DNA of 64,000 nucleotides from Octopus sinensis (GCF_006345805.1 NC_042998.1:143406001-143470000), one strand, 5' to 3'. Positions 23,343-39,684 are shown, counted from the first letter of the stretch. The notes: generated by a model from the sequence alone, not told the origin. Numbers and translations are program-made.

Positions 23343-23543
23343 TCACCCTCCTAAGCGATAAAATAACAACACATATGCAGTAAAACATGTACCACAGTAA
23401 TAAAAATTTCCTCCCTACAAATTCTAGATAACATTAATGTTTATCGACGTTAAGAGACAAGAATTGTTCTCCAACAACAAAGATCAACAAAGAAAATCAT
23501 TAAAAAAGATTACTAACTATAAAAAACATAGAGAAGTAAACAG

Positions 23544-23719
23544 AGGAGCAGGTATGATCGTGTGGTTAAGAAGCTCATTTTGCAACCACTTGTTTCACTT
23601 CAAGTTCCTCTATGCATGGATAAATATCTTCTATTATAACCCCAGGCCAACCAGTGCCTTGTGAGTGGATTTGATAGACGGAAACTGTCTGAAAGCTCGT
23701 CACGCGCGCGTGTTTATGA

Positions 23720-23767
<48 letters not shown>

Positions 23768-23990
23768 TGTGTGGTGTGTGTGTGTGTATCCTTTGTGTTT
23801 GTTACTATCTCACCGCTTGACAACCAGTTGCGTTTCCGTAACGAAGTGATTCGACCAAAGAGGTCGATAAAGTAAGCACCAAACTTAAAATAAGTTTTGG
23901 TGGGTTGGGTGGAGGTCGATTTGTTCGACTAAACCCTTAAACCTTCAAGGCACAATTACAGCATGGCCGCAGTCCAATGACTGAAACAAG
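23544..23990 (+). mobile_element. SINE family A, full length, diverged
   Basis: Head, TG linker and tail CAGCATGGCCGCAGTCCAATGACTGAAAC. Confidence 0.85.
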
Positions 23991-23994
23991 TTAA

Positions 23995-24630
23995 TCTAAT
24001 CTAATATCTAAAAAAAATTGAAGTTTTCTGTGTGTGTTTGTGTGGTGTGTGTTTGTGAGTGTGTGTACAAAAATTTTATGTATCTCAATAACTTCTACAT
24101 CTTTCATCCGATTTCTTTAAAATTTTATATACAGCTGCTTCATATCCCAAACCCGAACAAAGGCTACTTAAATTTTTTTTTAATCGATATTGGGGCCTCT
24201 AGAGCGATGGGAAACCAACAATAGATGATTCCTCTTCATTTGCATTAATCAGCTCTTTTATAATCTGTAGGGTCTTCCATACTTTTAAAATCTTTTTTAT
24301 AAAAGTGAAAGCATTTTGTCTATTTATTTATTTCCCTTGTCCATCAGCGACGGTGATTAAACTGACTAGGAACACTGAACGCATTCATTTCCATAATTCT
24401 CAACCGATTTTCACCAAATTTTACACACACATTACTTATGTCCCAGGGATGGTCATGCACTAAGCATTTTGCCCAGAGCTCCCACGTAAATGGACCTAAA
24501 TGAACATAGTTTTTTTTTATAGGGTCGTCCATTCTTTTTAATCTTTTTATAAAAGTGAAAGGATTTTGTCTATTAATTTATTTCGACTGTCCACCTACCA
24601 CGGTGATTAAATTGACTGGGAACACTGTGC
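23995..24630 (+). mobile_element. Probable non-autonomous Helitron-like element with an internal direct repeat of about 110 bp (24270-24375 and 24522-24630)
   Basis: ATCTAATATC start, TG tract, CCGATTT...AAATTTTA(C/T)A motifs twice. Confidence 0.45.
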
Positions 24631-25478
24631 GCGATGAGTATCCAATACCAAACAATCTTAATCTCCGTATTAAACTGCATTAAACTTTGGCAAGCGTATC
24701 TTTACCTATTCTGAGTTACTTGAAACGTGATGTTCCCTTCCTTCTCTTCTACGTGTTGATACCTTTGTTTACCAATGCGTTGTTTCACTTCAAGGATGCT
24801 TATTTACCCATCCATTATGATATTTCGACTGTTGTTCATTGTTTCAAATACATTTTAGCATTGTCGCTCTAGCTTTTTTAAACAATCACATATGATTCGT
24901 CCCAAAGAATCAACCTTTAAATAAAATTTTTGCTTCCACTATCGAAAGCTATTCGCATCTTTCAGAAAGCTCCATACCAATTTAACTTTATGCAGCATTC
25001 GCTGCTAGTTTATGCGCAGACTATGTGGGAAGACAGAATAAAAGGGCTTCTGTTAGCTTATCTCTCCGAAAAATTAGCTCCCTTTGCTGTTGAAAAAAAA
25101 AAAAAAACTCGCAGAGGGGAAGTTTCAACGTCTCCCTTCAATTTCATTACACCGTTTATGTGGCTGTTTCTGACAGGAAATTTCGCTTTTATGTAAAACA
25201 ACTATATTTTGTTGTCATTATCCGTAATCTACTCCCCAAACATTTTAGTAGCTTTACTTTGCATTGCTTGCATGTTCTATGATCATTAAAGTGCAACGAC
25301 TTCCACAATAACCAGCCTTAAATTTGATTTTCCGTTCCTAGCTTAATCTGAAGCATAGATTGCCGTGCGATTCATAAACCTTCTCGGTAGTTCAATCATT
25401 TGGTGAAAAAAATACCACCAATGCAACTTAAATTGTCCAAAGGACGGGTGCGTTTGCTTTTAAGATATATAAAAACGG

Positions 25479-25608
<130 letters not shown>

Positions 25609-25744
25609 CATGTCTCCTTACAAATCAATAAAGAAATTTGTCCCGATGTCGTTTCTAGCTATTATGTTATTTTCACTTTTCTCGTCACAAAACGAACACC
25701 AGAAAAGATATTTAACGAACAGTTTTTACTGGTCGAAAAAATCG

Positions 25745-25966
25745 TTTCTACTATAAGCACAAGGTCTGAAATTTTGAGGGATGGGGCTAGTCGATACATC
25801 GACCCCAGAGCTCAGCTGGTACTAATTTTGTCTTCCCCCTTATTTTATCGAAAAGATGAAAGGTGAAGTCGAAATTTGAACTCAGAGCATAAAGACGGAC
25901 AAATTGCTGCGAAGCATTTAGCGGCATTTCGTCCGGCGTGCTAACGATTTGCCAGTTCGCCACCTT
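25745..25966 (-). mobile_element. SINE family B
   Basis: Head, middle and tail all match the copy at 9229. Confidence 0.8.
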
Positions 25967-26373
25967 AAAAACTTATCAATATAATGCTTTTGCACACACA
26001 CATAGAAACGTGGTGTTATAGGACCAAGTACCTCATTAATCACCAGCAAGGTATGAACGTTAGAACATCACCAAAACGCTTGTAAATCACAAGTTCTAAT
26101 TATCAAGTAGCAATATGGTGTTCGTAATTGGGGCTTTATCTCCTGGTAGAGATGTAAGGGGCATCACCATGGCAGACTGCTTATCTAGTGTACTTTTAGA
26201 TCTGGAAGTGTTCATCTCTCTCCAGGTCTGACCACAACCGATTTCTTCCAGAAAGGAGGAGGAGGAGGGAAAATCCTAGTACTTGACCATTGCTTTATCG
26301 TCTTCTATCCATCCCGAAAAGATGTTCTTAAAATTTCCTCCGACCTATCGCCTTGATTTCTCATTGATCATGT

Positions 26374-26504
26374 AAAGGATGAAGAGTACAGATGATCAGT
26401 AAAGTTGGACTCGGCGAAATTTGAACTCAGAGCGCAGACAGTCGTAAAGTATATACGAAAGTATTGTATCCGACTCACTGACGACTCCGCCAATCGATCG
26501 CCTT
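26374..26504 (-). mobile_element. SINE family B 5' fragment
   Basis: AAATTTGAACTCAGAGCG...ACGACTCCGCC...TCGCCTTA. Confidence 0.6.
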
Positions 26505-27965
26505 AAGTTTCAATATTAAGAATGTTGCATCAAGAGATAAATCTTGCTTCCAGTGAAAAAATATGAAGAGGCAGAGATAATTGATTTTCTTTAAATTAGT
26601 TGAATAAATTGACGAAGATCAATGCATAAGATTCCAAACTAACTTGTATAGAAAATAGAAATAATAAAAATAACTATTCCATAATTAAAACTGTTAGATT
26701 AAGAATAAAACACCAACAGCAAAGATAAAGATTAGTTATGATTTTTTATTCTTGAAAATATAACAGTTTTATGTTCGTTTCCAGTTTAGATGTGATGCAT
26801 GCGACAGAAACGAAACTAACACAAACTCTCTCTTTCTCTCACACACACACACGCGCGCGCGCGCACACACATACACATGCTAATCTTATTCACCTTGTCA
26901 AACTGTTACAAAAATACTAAATGCAGTGGTTGGAGAAAGACCTCATAAAGACATGTCCTGATATACTCCAGAATTACTTCCATAGCGTTGCAATTGGATA
27001 TGTACGCCGTAGTCCAAAACCATAATGAAGTATGATATATTTGATGTTCTGGGTCATTTCTAAACCTACAACGAGATCGGCGATCTTTCGCTTTTGGGAG
27101 ATATACCATAGTTGATGGTATAAAAGACATATGGTCATATAGACATACCTCCGTTTGAGCAGTGCATTTTGAGGAAAAAAAAGTTCTAGTGCATTAAAGC
27201 TTATGGAAAGCCCAACTTTCCATATTGAACCCGGAATTATTTTTTTTGAGATTTTTTTCTTTGGAAAAGAAAGAGTCTTATATGCCATCAAATCCTGTAA
27301 GTGCTGGATTGAAAATGAAAGGAAAATGAAGTTGAGAATGTGCAAAAATAAACTTGGATATATTAAGTAAACAAAACGAATAATTGATTGAACAGACGTA
27401 CAACTCCGTTTATGATATAGAATCATAACTTCTATTTAGTCAGGATGGAAGGCAGTGTCCTTGTCCCTTTACACTACCTCCAAGACTTGATGGGCTAAAG
27501 AGATTAAGCTATCTTCAACCGGGAAGTTGACTCCGCAAAAGACACCCAAGGTATTAGGTTAAGTCTACCACTGAAGTAGGTCATGGCAGGATTTGAACTC
27601 AAAACACAAAGAGCCGGAACAAATATCACCAGACATCTGATCCAATGTTCTTAAAGGTTCCGCCAATCCACGCGTTGGCTCGATACATTTGCATCGATCA
27701 CAAAAGGATGAAAGGTAAAAGATAACGCAGAATGTAGAGATTCGGAACAAATATCGCAAAGTATTCTGTCCAGCTTTGTAGCCATTCTGCTGCAAAATTC
27801 ACTTCCAAAATATTTTTCTTTACTTTTCAAAATGAGTTATCAATTTGCAATTTCTTTTACATGTTTTTCTTTCTTTCTATAAACGCCTTATTTTCTACGA
27901 CACAACCTTTATAAGTTAACTCAATGGTGCTGCTGAGAAACGAAAAAAGACATCTATGATAATCC

Positions 27966-28162
27966 TTTTCACTATAGGCACAAAATCTGAAACTTTTGGG
28001 GAGGAGAATAGTCGATTACATCGACCCCAGTGCTTAACAGGTACTTATTTTATCGACTCAGAAAGGTTCAAAGGCAAAGTCAAGGTCGACGAACATAAAG
28101 ACAGACCAAATACCACAAAGAGTTTTGTCCGGTATGCTAACAATTCTGCTAGCTCGCCGCTT
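27966..28162 (-). mobile_element. SINE family B
   Basis: GTCGATTACATCGACCCCAG...CTAGCTCGCCGCTT. Confidence 0.75.
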
Positions 28163-28169
28163 AAAAGAA

Positions 28170-29125
28170 GGATCTTTTCACTTTGACCGGCAGATTTTTA
28201 AAATAATTTCTTTGTAACTAAACACTTTTAAACTTCGTATACTGGTAGTGTGTTACATAAACCATCTTTTTTCCTTGGCTTTCTTGAGAAAATTCTGCAG
28301 TTTGTAAGCTATTTGTTGTTTAATTTCTTGCATTTCGGCAATTTCAACCAATCAATGACGTCTATTGAGGTGAATACAATTACTGCTGTTGTTTGTCAAC
28401 AACAACTTCCTGCGGTGTCTATTTAGTTTGTCACTGTTATTTATGACATATTTCATATCAGTTACATTCATATGAATAAAAGATTATCGTTATTAAACTT
28501 TTATTAATAAACACATATTCTAAGTTCACAACATATGCAGTTTTAATTTCCCTCTCTGTTGCACAGATACACACATTACATATATATTCGTTTAAGAAAC
28601 AGATTGGGTTTATTTACATTTCTGAAGAAAAAAAAGATAACCTTCCCCCAAACCTAACCCTTAACCCTAACCCTAACCCTAACCCTAACTCTAACCCTAA
28701 CCCTAACCCTAACCCTAAAACAAATTGAAATGCAATAGATCGATACCAGAGTCATAATTATGGGTAGACACTAAAGAGGGAACGGTTTTGTTATCCAGCT
28801 CTGTTTACGAGTGACCTCTCAGTTTATGGCCACAGGGTATCTTTTTTCTCATAAATAACAGTGACAAATTGATATGACACCGCCAGAAAATGTTGTTGAC
28901 AAACTACGGCAGAAATTGTATTCACCTCAATAGACGTCACTGATTGGTTGAAATTGCCAAAATGCAAGAAATTAAACAACAAACAGCTTACAAACTACAG
29001 AATTTTCTCAAGAAAGCCAAGAGACAAAGATGTTTTATGTAACACACTACCAGTATACGAAGTTTAAAAGTGTTGAGTTACAAAGAAATTATTTTAAAAA
29101 TCTGCCGGTCAAAGTGAAAAGATCC
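28170..29125. mobile_element. Foldback/MITE-like element: 277-bp TIRs, GG...CC termini, candidate 5-bp TSD AAGAA, internal (TAACCC)10
   Basis: 28170-28446 is an imperfect reverse complement of 28849-29125; AAGAA at 28165-28169 and 29126-29130. Confidence 0.85.
28655..28715. repeat. Interstitial telomere-type (TAACCC)n repeat, 10 units
   Basis: Direct reading; one TAACTC variant and one extra T. Confidence 0.9.
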
Positions 29126-29634
29126 AAGAAATCTATTATAATGATTTTTATAATAACCTACCTTTTAGTAATTACTTATTCGTTTCGTTTCCTCAGGTTA
29201 GCCGAATTCGTTTTTGTTCATTTTAGGTTTCAGTTTTTCTTTTTCTTCATTTTCATTCTCGCGCTTATTTGTCCCTGGAACGAAAGATTACCAGCCCCTA
29301 TGACAAGAGATGTGATCCAACAAAGCAGACAGGAATTAACAAGGAATTGATAAACTTTCTTATGTTATTGATCCCTTCAACGAATAGTCGACCCTCGTCA
29401 TGTGAATTTCTAAAATAGATTAAAAAAGTACAATTAATAAAGAAGAAAATTCTTGATTTCGAAATAATAATTCCTTTGTCTTTGTGTGCCATTGTCACTT
29501 TTTAATAAGAAATATTTAAAGAAATGTAAAGTACAATAAAATTTCAGGGATATTGAATTGATATAGTCCGTATATTTAATGTAAAATAAGTGTTCGGTGA
29601 ACACTAGTTATTGCATCGATATTTGGTAGGAAAT

Positions 29635-29846
29635 TAAGGCGGCGAGCTGACAGAATTGTCTGCATACCGAACAAAATACTTAGCGACATTTTGTTTGTCT
29701 TTATGTCCTGAGTTCAAATTCCGCCGAGGTCGACTTTACCTTTCATTCTTTTGGAGTCGATAAAATAAGTATCAGTCGAGTACTGGGGTCGATGTAATCG
29801 ACTTACCCTCTACCTCGTAATTGCTGGCTTTGTGCCAATATCTGAA
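29635..29846 (+). mobile_element. SINE family B, full length
   Basis: AAGGCGGCGAGCTGACAGAA...GAGTTCAAATTCCGCCGAGGTCGAC...TTGCTGGCTTTGTGCC. Confidence 0.85.
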
Positions 29847-30129
29847 TCCGATATTTGGTTGGAAATTAGTGAGTTTTTGTCTTAAATTACACCCGCTCTT
29901 CCAGGTTCAGTTCGACATGTCAGCACCTTTAATGCTCAAAATCGTTTCAGGTGTTTACCGACCCCTTGGGGCGGAGGCGCATGCCCCCCCCCCTGGTGGA
30001 TGGAGGGGGGGCAATATTGACCCCTGGGTTACGCAACTCTAAAAATAACAACAGCAACAAAGTGATAATTTTTCCCGACGTCGTTTATTGTAGCAATGAA
30101 AAAGCACCACCGAATTAACCACAGTAACA

Positions 30130-30610
30130 ATATAACAATTAATCCACCATTACTATCACCGCCGATATTATCATCGTCATTATCATCATCATCACCATCA
30201 TCGTCATCATCGCCATCATCACCACCAATATCAATATTACCATCATTATCATCACCACCATCACTACCGTCATCATCATTGCCATCATGACCATTACCGT
30301 CGTCACTTACCCCACTAGGGCCACTACATCCATACCATAGCGTCAGCACCGCCATCAAGAACGTGACTACACACCACCGTCACTCTCTCATTATTGCAGT
30401 GTCACCGCTTCCACCATCAAATAACAAATGCCGGGGGCGACGACGACGACGACGACGACTGCAACGACAATAATAAGAACAGCTACCATAAAAACCACAT
30501 CCATACCACGAACACCACCACCATCACTAACACCACTACCAACAACACCTATAAGCATATTCGTCATCATCATCATATCATCATCATCATACTTATTGTA
30601 GTTATCATCA

Positions 30611-30645
<35 letters not shown>

Positions 30646-30702
30646 ATTATCGTCATTGTCATCGTCATCATCATCGTAGTTTCATCATCATCATCGTCAT
30701 CG

Positions 30703-30743
<41 letters not shown>

Positions 30744-30796
30744 GTAGTCTCATTATCAATCATCGTTGTCTTATCATTATCATCATCATCGTAGTC

Positions 30797-30829
<33 letters not shown>

Positions 30830-30850
30830 ACAATAACAACAATAATTAAG
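30130..30850. repeat. (CAT)n/(CGT)n/(CAC)n/(GAC)n trinucleotide low-complexity region
   Basis: Direct reading. Confidence 0.9.
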
Positions 30851-31384
30851 AACGACGATGATGAGAGGACGACGCTAGAGGCAAGGGTGATGGCAGCGGC
30901 GACTACAAGACTAGAAGAATAGCGAAAGAAAAAAAAAAACTGGAAACAAAAACAAAAAGGAACAAAAGCAAACAGTAAAGAGACTAGAATAAAGGGCAGC
31001 TGGAATAGATTGAAACGTTAATTCTTTGGGATGCAGGTTGCCATGGTAATTGAAGGATTAGTTCAATCACTAAACTCCCTCCTCCTACTTCTCCTTTCGC
31101 ATATCCCTGAGACAAATGGGTTTCATTTATCAATCACTGATCTTCGGAGAACTTCTGTCGATAAGTCTAGTTTTACCCTACTGCTCGCTCGCTCGCTCGC
31201 TCGCTCACTCACTCACTCACAACCCGCGCTTTAAACGTCTTCATCTATCATTTACCTTCTACTTTCTGCCTCTTACTTCTCCTCAGCTTTCCCTGTCTAT
31301 CTTAGATTTCTGGACCTTATTTTTGTTTGTCTGTCTATCTGTCTGTCTGTCTGTGTCTCTCTGTTTCTTACACTCTCCAGCTTA

Positions 31385-31387
31385 TTG

Positions 31388-31438
<51 letters not shown>

Positions 31439-31439
31439 G

Positions 31440-31471
<32 letters not shown>

Positions 31472-31506
31472 TTCTCTCTCCCCGTTTATGTATGTATGTA
31501 TGTATG

Positions 31507-31540
<34 letters not shown>

Positions 31541-31558
31541 TGTATGTATGTATGCATG

Positions 31559-31614
<56 letters not shown>

Positions 31615-31830
31615 GATATTCATACACATGCACAGATACACACCTACCTACCTTCCTCTCTACCTACCTACCTACCTACCTACCTACCTACCTACCTACC
31701 TACCTACCTACCTACCTACTTACCTACCTACCTACATATCTACCTACCTACCTACATACCTACCTACATAATACACACACACACATAAACACACACATAT
31801 ACATACGTATAAGTATATATATGCATATAT
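31385..31830. repeat. Compound microsatellite (TTTC)n-(TATG)n-(TATC)n-(CCTA)n-(CA)n
   Basis: Direct reading. Confidence 0.95.
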
Positions 31831-31864
31831 ATATCTATATCTAAATAGATAACCTAAAAACATA

Positions 31865-32462
31865 ATAAATGCACAAACAAACGGAAAACAAACACAGAAG
31901 GTCACCAATTCCTCATTAGTTATCGGTCACAAGGTCAAAGACAATTTCGCGTCTTACGATAATATGGATTCCTTTCTGGTGACACCAGCAACAAGAAACT
32001 GCCAGGAAATGGAACCAAAACAAAAAACGAACGAACAAACAAGAAATGGATAAACGTGCAATACAGGGTTGGACATACGAATATGAATAAATGTGATTCA
32101 TGATGAGACCATTAGTGGACGGACGAGGGAAAACGACGGAATAAATAAACGGAATACGGCCTTAGGGTCAGACAGAGACGAAAGTATGGATAACGCTAAG
32201 TGGAAAATCCTAAAGGATTACAAGCAGAAGGATAACAGACAGCGAAACAGGTTGAAGACAAGAGAAAATACGACCAGTTGCTTCAGCGGTCGGTGTGAAA
32301 AAGAAAGGAAAAAGAGAAAAAGGAAAAAGAATGATCACAGGTTATGTGTCAGTAGTAGGAGGGAGGGAAGTGCTAGAGGGCAGAGCGAGAGGGAGAGAGA
32401 GAGAGACAGACAGAGGGTATAGAGGGAAGAGGAGAAAGAAAGCGAGAGAGATATAGATAGAC

Positions 32463-32545
<83 letters not shown>

Positions 32546-32949
32546 GATAGGTAGAGACAGACAGAGTTAGAGCCAGAGAAAGAACAGATGTGGCATAGGA
32601 ACAGACGTTGTACGAATATATAAAAAGCACTTACGGTAAATAAAATCAAAGGCACAAAGCGTTCCGTTAATAAGTTTAAAAATATAAATGCACAAACAAA
32701 CGGAAAACAGACACAGAAGGCTACCAACTCGTCATCGGTTAGAAGGTCAAACGCAATTTCGCGTTTTACGATAATATTGTTTCCCTTCTGGTGGCACCAG
32801 GAACATGAAGAAGCTGCCGGGAAACGGGACCAAAACATAACAGAACGAGAACGAACAAACAAGAAATAGATAAACATACAATACAGATGTGAACATACGA
32901 ACATGAATAAATGTGATTCAAGACAAGACCATTAGTGGACAGACAAAGG
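31865..32949. repeat. Two diverged direct copies of a segment of about 265 bp (31865-32128 and 32684-32949) around a (GATA)n tract
   Basis: Both begin ATAAATGCACAAACAAACGGAAAACA and end GACCATTAGTGGAC. Confidence 0.85.
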
Positions 32950-32958
32950 ACACATGTA

Positions 32959-33147
32959 TAGGGTGCGTAAGGTATTTGAGGAGTACTCTTTTTGGGTCAT
33001 TGCTGCATTTTTTGCTAACTCTTTATAATCTTTGTTTCAGAAAATAATAATGGCAGACCCTCAGCTTACTCAAGAAATGAAGAGACATGTTGTTATTGTG
33101 GTTATAAACGCTGAGCATAGCAATTTAGATATATTTCGATTTTGAGA
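32959..33147 (+). mobile_element. Tc1/mariner-family 5' end relic
   Basis: TA|TAGGGTG terminus; ATG at 33050 gives MADPQLTQEMKRHVVIVVINAEHSNLDIFRF, resembling the N-terminal HTH of maT/DD37D-type transposases. Confidence 0.5.
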
Positions 33148-33148
33148 T

Positions 33149-33367
33149 ATTTGAGAGCACTGAAAAAAAAATTGAACATACCTATCTGATTCAAGCGACA
33201 TCAGACAAACTATATCCAATGACCAGTACCAACGAATTCAAAACATACGAATGAGATCTCGTATTCTCCCAGTTTTTAATTCGTTGGTAATGGTCATTGG
33301 GTATAGTTTGTCTGATGTCGCTTGAATCAGATAGGTATGTTCAATTTTTGTTTCAGTGCTCTCAAAT
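33149..33367. repeat. Inverted repeat, arms of about 90 bp with a spacer of about 30 bp
   Basis: ATTTGAGAGCACTGAAA...GAATT is mirrored by AATTCG...TTTCAGTGCTCTCAAAT. Confidence 0.85.
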
Positions 33368-33775
33368 TTAAAATCTTGAAATACTGTGCTGAAGAGCGAG
33401 AATGATAGAATGAAAATGTTTTTTGCATTTTTCATACCTATCAAACTCCGAAACGCGTCCACAGTTAATCAAATGCCGAATGAATTCGTTGTTGTTTTTT
33501 TCTCTTTGCCTACGTGGATTGTTTTTGAGTATGTTATCTGGAAGATTTTTTTATAGTAGAGAAATAGCTATTTTTTTTTTCCCCCGTTATTTCTAAATTT
33601 CGGTATGTGGTGAGGCAAATTTTTTTGCTGAACCCTAATTATAATTATACTCAGAATTATAAAAATTATTGTTTAAGTTTACCGAAAATAGTTCTTTTAA
33701 CATACCGAAACTACTTGGCAAAATTATTAATTATTAATAAATTTACCCTTTATTATTGATAATATATATAATATA

Positions 33776-33830
<55 letters not shown>

Positions 33831-35099
33831 TATATTATATATATATATTCAATTACGAATCAAAGCAGCGCTAGTATTGTAAACATTATCGACCGCACAT
33901 ATTCAATGTATGTGTTTTGCTTGTTTGCCGGTTCGCTGCGGATAGCGCTTTGGGGACGACTCCCTCATAGCTCTGGGTGTTAAAACATCTGAAAGTTATA
34001 GACAGGAGAGACAACTCGCCCCCAATCCCATTCAGTAGTGATGGATACCGATATTTCGCCATTTTTGTGGCTTATCAAGATCATGTACCTGAATCGAACA
34101 GGGTGGAGGGAAGAACTGAATCGCCAGTCTCTGACTATATACGAATAGTATAAGAACCATTTGCAGCTATGAAATTTCTTTTTTTTGTTGTTTTGTGTGG
34201 TCGATAGTGTTTACAACACTAGCGCTGCATTTTATTCGTAATTGAATTTAATCTTACATATGCATCATCGATGCATACCAGCTAACGGTTCTTACTCTAT
34301 CTGCATATCCATGTATATTTGTGTATCTATATGCTTTCATGCGTATATGTGAATTATACATGTCTGTGTCTATTTATTGTATATGTCTCTCTACCTTACG
34401 TACTTACATCCAAGTGTACGTATGTACTTATATCTTTAGCTGTTTCTACTTGTCTCTTTGTGTAATACAATTATGCAAGTTTATATTTGACGTAAGTAAA
34501 TTAAAATCACTTATTTTGATTTTTATTTCTTCAGCAACACTCAACAAATATGAAAGGAATCAACATACTTTGGCTGACGCAGGATTAAACTCATATTTCG
34601 GTGAAATACTTTCACTGATATATCTGTAGAAAGTAGCGTTGAAAATATTTAGGCAAAATTTGTATTTCCAGAAGTGTAAACAGAGACGATAAAAAACGCA
34701 GTGTAAGACAGCTATGTCACAGTGAATAAATATTAGTTTTCTGATTGAAACCTTTAATTAAAAAAAAAAAAAGGAAAAAGAGCTTGAAAATCACATTTGA
34801 TTTTAAAATATATTAAAATTGAAATCTATAAGAAATTTCTAGACAGTGCAGACTATAATAATTGATTTCTTTTAGTAAAAGTCATATACTCATAAAGTAA
34901 TTGATGCGCTACTTTTTTTTATTATAGTATAGAAATGCATTTGTGCATTTAAATATGTCTACTTATCTCGCTCAAAACTATTGGCTTTGTGCCTCATTTA
35001 AACCAATATCTATTTGTTTCTCTTCCTGCCTTACACACATTCTATCTGTTTTTTGGTTTTTTTTTACCTATTCTTGCCTTCTAGCGTCACACTTTCTCT

Positions 35100-37700
<2,601 letters not shown>

Positions 37701-37727
37701 AAAAGGAAGTACGATAGAATTAGCTAT

Positions 37728-37980
37728 GTCATGAGCCCTAGGATTCACAAGGCCAGAACGTAATCCAGTTTCTACTATGTATGAAGGAGTGAGATTACTA
37801 TACCCCCTTTTGATTGGAACGCTGGCCCCTCACAAGCTTAACTTCCCAACTATTGCTGGAGCCCATTTAAAGCTGAGTGGACTGGAGCAACGTGAAATGA
37901 AATGTTCTTGCTCCAAAAACATTACGTGCCATCTGGTTTGAGATTCGAAATTGCAATCTGACGATCGTGAGTGCAAGATT
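37728..37980 (-). mobile_element. SINE family D
   Basis: GCTGAGTGGACTGGAGCAACGTGAAATG, shared with the copy at 39790. Confidence 0.7.
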
Positions 37981-38031
37981 CAAGAGAATGGATGGACTAA
38001 GCGGAGTAGGAGCACACACGAGGACGGAAAG

Positions 38032-38076
38032 TGTCGCTGAAGAGGTCACAGATGTGAGACGAAAGATTTCCGGACA
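38032..38076 (+). ncRNA. Degenerate type I hammerhead (family shared with 42189-42232)
   Basis: TGTCG-CTGAAGA-GGTCACAGATGTGAGAC-GAAA-GATT-TC-CGGACA. Confidence 0.5.
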
Positions 38077-38676
38077 ATGGACATGAGTAAAAATAAGAAC
38101 AGTAATAAACGAATAAAGAACGAATATATAGTACGTGGGTCTATTTGGCAAAAAAAACAAAAAAAAAACGTGATCATCCCCAAATACAACAATATATATA
38201 TATTTTTTTTTTCCTCATGTGACCACCTTCCTTTTCCTGCACGGACATTCTAAGGACTGGGCATATTCTATCTCTCTCTTCTATCTTTTCTCTTTTCAAA
38301 GAAAATATTTCTTCCAGCATTCACTATTTTCCCCTCGTTCTGATCTAACGACCCTCCTTGTCTGTTTTCGTTCGGTTTCGTTGTATGTCTCCACTGTCCT
38401 GTTTTCGTTCCCAACTTGGACCCTCCATAAAATCCTAAACTTATTTTAGAAGTTATGGGAGCAACTGTCTTCGAAGACTCATATTGTCGTTCAATGCTCG
38501 AAATGAGGAGTAGATAGACAGCCGACAACTGTTGAAGGGTCGTTCTTTGTGTTACTTGTCCTGTTTTCAATTTTTTTCTCGTTGTTTGCGTATTTAACTC
38601 GCTTGTTTACGTATTTCATGTTGTTTACAGTTGGTGACGCTCTGTACCCATATATGTATATGTATATGTATATGTA

Positions 38677-38763
<87 letters not shown>

Positions 38764-39684
38764 CATGAAACGCGGATACACAAACATACGCTGCCGTGTA
38801 TCCGCATATACCCATACATTTAATTACGTATCGATACATGCCGATATATATACACACATATACACAGACACATTCACACACATAATCATAAAGCACAGAG
38901 GGATAAGGAAGCAGGGAATACCACTGGTAAGGAATGATGAAAGCCAGATGCAATGCAAGGACCAAATTGTATTATTAAATAACATAATTTTTCATCAGGT
39001 TAGAAGAGTGCGAATTATAATATAGGGAGGAAATAAATAATGTAATAATAAATAATATATACTGTGAGTCAAGAAACCTTATAAGGTAAGTATGTAAATT
39101 TAGCGTAACTAAAAGATCCTTTTTGTTCATGAATGACCATGGAATTGCACTTAAAAAGTTACTCTCCGAAGTACAAGTCCGGGCAAGGTAGTCGCCGATG
39201 TATAGCAGCTTCCTCTCTCCACACCACCGATGTTATTCAAGGGAAAGACAAAGACTTGGCACCAGAGATAGTTGTCCTACTGTATCTGGAATAGCCCTCG
39301 ACGTTGAGTTACCCTGTAATGACAATCATTCATGGAGAATGTTGTGTTTTCGGTCACTTATACATTATGGAAATCGAGTAACCGGCTTTATGAGTCCTAG
39401 GACTTGAAACAGTAATGTTCAGAAGGTGAGGAGAATGCTACTGATGTTGTTAGTCGATGCCATCGAACCCAATACTTCACTGGTACTTTATTTTATCGAT
39501 CCCAAAAGGATGAAAGTCCAATTGAAATATTTTTTGAATAATACACAAGTAAATTAGTAGCCTTTTGCTATCATTTTGTAATTAGTTGTTTTTAAGTTTA
39601 CTCACTAATTGTTTCCCAAATACATCGAAGCACGAATTTCGCTTGAGCAAATGACAAATAATAAAAAAAAAGGTAAAGTTATGT

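Noticed and set aside
26906-27426. Minus-strand ORFs as a possible transposase
   Set aside because: No DDE, HTH or other motif recognised
30394-30747. Poly-D/H/I/S ORF
   Set aside because: Trinucleotide low-complexity DNA; no splice or domain support
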